From: Octopus sinensis
Lineage: Eukaryota
DNA: 64,000 bases
Assembly: GCF_006345805.1 (NCBI RefSeq)
Contig: NC_043019.1
Location: forward strand, 3,844,001-3,908,000
Direction: 5' to 3'
A model generated the notes under the pieces. The model was not told the DNA's origin. It saw only the letters and a program-made list of their open reading frames with translations, and did no database searches. Shown here piece by piece: positions 62,783 through 64,000 of the stretch (its first letter is position 1; each line of letters starts with the position of its first letter). The position numbers and the translations under genes were made by a program.

Positions 62783-63033
62783 CTAAAAGACAAAGACAGT
62801 AACATGTGTTAATATTTTGTCTGTAGGGATAATGTGGTGAGCTGGCAGAACCATTAGCACACTAAACAGAATGCTTGGTGGCATTTTGTCTGTCTTCGTG
62901 TTCTGAGTTCAAATCAATTTTCCTCTTCCCAGAAATTGCTGGCCTTGTAGCAAAATTTGAAATCAACGTTTTTATGAAAAATATTAATGATTTCAAATCT
63001 TTACTGCTGCAGGGAAATAATAATAATAATAAT

Positions 63034-63066
<33 letters not shown>

Positions 63067-63654
63067 AATAATATTAATAATAATAATATAAAAAAAAAAA
63101 TAATAATAATAATAAAAAAATAATAATAATAATAATAATAATTCTTTCTTCTACTTTCCCTTCTTTGTCAGTGTTGATAACTTTAAGTTTCACATCAGAT
63201 CGTTTGCAAGCCCTTGAGAATGCAGCATATACCTGACCTATTTCTTTTACTACCCACAAGGGGCTAAACACAGAGGGGACAAACAAGGACACACAAACGG
63301 ATTAAGTCGATTACATTGACCCCAGTGCGTAACTGGTACTTGATTTATCGACCCCGAAAGAATGAAAAGCAAAGTCGACCTCGGCGGAATTTGAACTCAC
63401 AACGTAGCGGCAGATGAAATACGTATTTCCTTACTACCCACAAGGGGCTAAACACAGAGGGGACAAACAAGCTCAGACAAACGAATTAAGTCGATTACAT
63501 CGACCTCAGTGCATAACTGGTACTTGACTTATCGACCCTGAAAGGACGAAAGGCAAAGTCGACCTCAGCGGAATTTGAACTCAGAACGTAACGGCAGACG
63601 AAATATGGCTAAGCATTTCGTCCGACGTGCTGACGTTTCTGCCAGCTCGCCACC

Positions 63655-63800
63655 TCATACCTGACAGCATATACCTGGCCATGGCTGAATACAGGTTCAG
63701 GTAAGAATAGCCCCATTTTATTAAAAGTCTTCTGTTGTGATTTACTGATAGTCACTGCATATGACAGGCGAACGGGGAACTGGTAAATGGCAAGTTTTGG
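63655..63800 (-). mobile_element. Second Helitron/Pif1 helicase C-terminal fragment
   Basis: YQFPVRLSYAVTISKSQQKTFNKMGLFLPEPVFSHGQVYAV matches the Pif1 RQFP...TINKSQG...PVFSHGQLYV motifs. Confidence 0.85.
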
Positions 63801-63970
63801 ATGTGCATGCAAACTCTTATATGGACCTCCATGGGCCATATGGCCCTCAATTGAGAACCAATGGTAAAGATGTGGGAAGATGTAACTCAGGTTAAACGAA
63901 AATGCGACATATGAAAGACTGACTTACAACACAAGATACAAGACACCTTGTTAAGGACAAAATATCTTAC

Positions 63971-64000
63971 CTCATAATAAACTCCATATGTCCTACCATC
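63971..64000 (-). CDS. TPR gene exon y (partial, runs off window)
   Basis: ...DGRTYGVYYE|gtaaga; phase 0 donor matches exon z acceptor; only 30 nt visible. Confidence 0.55.

Overview
AT-rich, repeat-saturated eukaryotic DNA. The SINE, MITE and Penelope-like families match those I recall from Octopus genomes, but the species is an inference. One 100-N scaffold gap lies at 54163-54262. I reconstructed two convergent multi-exon genes by hand from splice sites and phases; the ORF track is mostly noise. (1) Plus strand, 2548-24758: the 3' part of a chromatin gene with a double PHD finger (DPF-type) and a SAMD1/atherin-type SAM domain; 6 exons, ~206 aa visible, 5' end outside the window. (2) Minus strand, >64000 to 42273: a TPR-array gene (~466 aa visible along the intact path) whose five exons a-e are duplicated. 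The upstream copy (54618-58444) has two frameshifts; the downstream copy (45822-52015) is intact, and the gap lies between them. The most unusual non-coding feature is an intronic ~350-nt repeat at 7117-7893 in partial-tandem plus inverted arrangement. It carries two type I hammerhead ribozyme motifs with a palindromic minimal stem III and a covarying stem II pair, resembling a retrozyme or Penelope-like element. Also present: three Helitrons with canonical termini, a deleted mariner, MITEs, CR1/RTE/RLE-type LINE and Gypsy remnants, a spacer-less perfect 136-bp palindrome, many VNTRs, and an AT-extreme block with an odd G>C skew and retained CpG.
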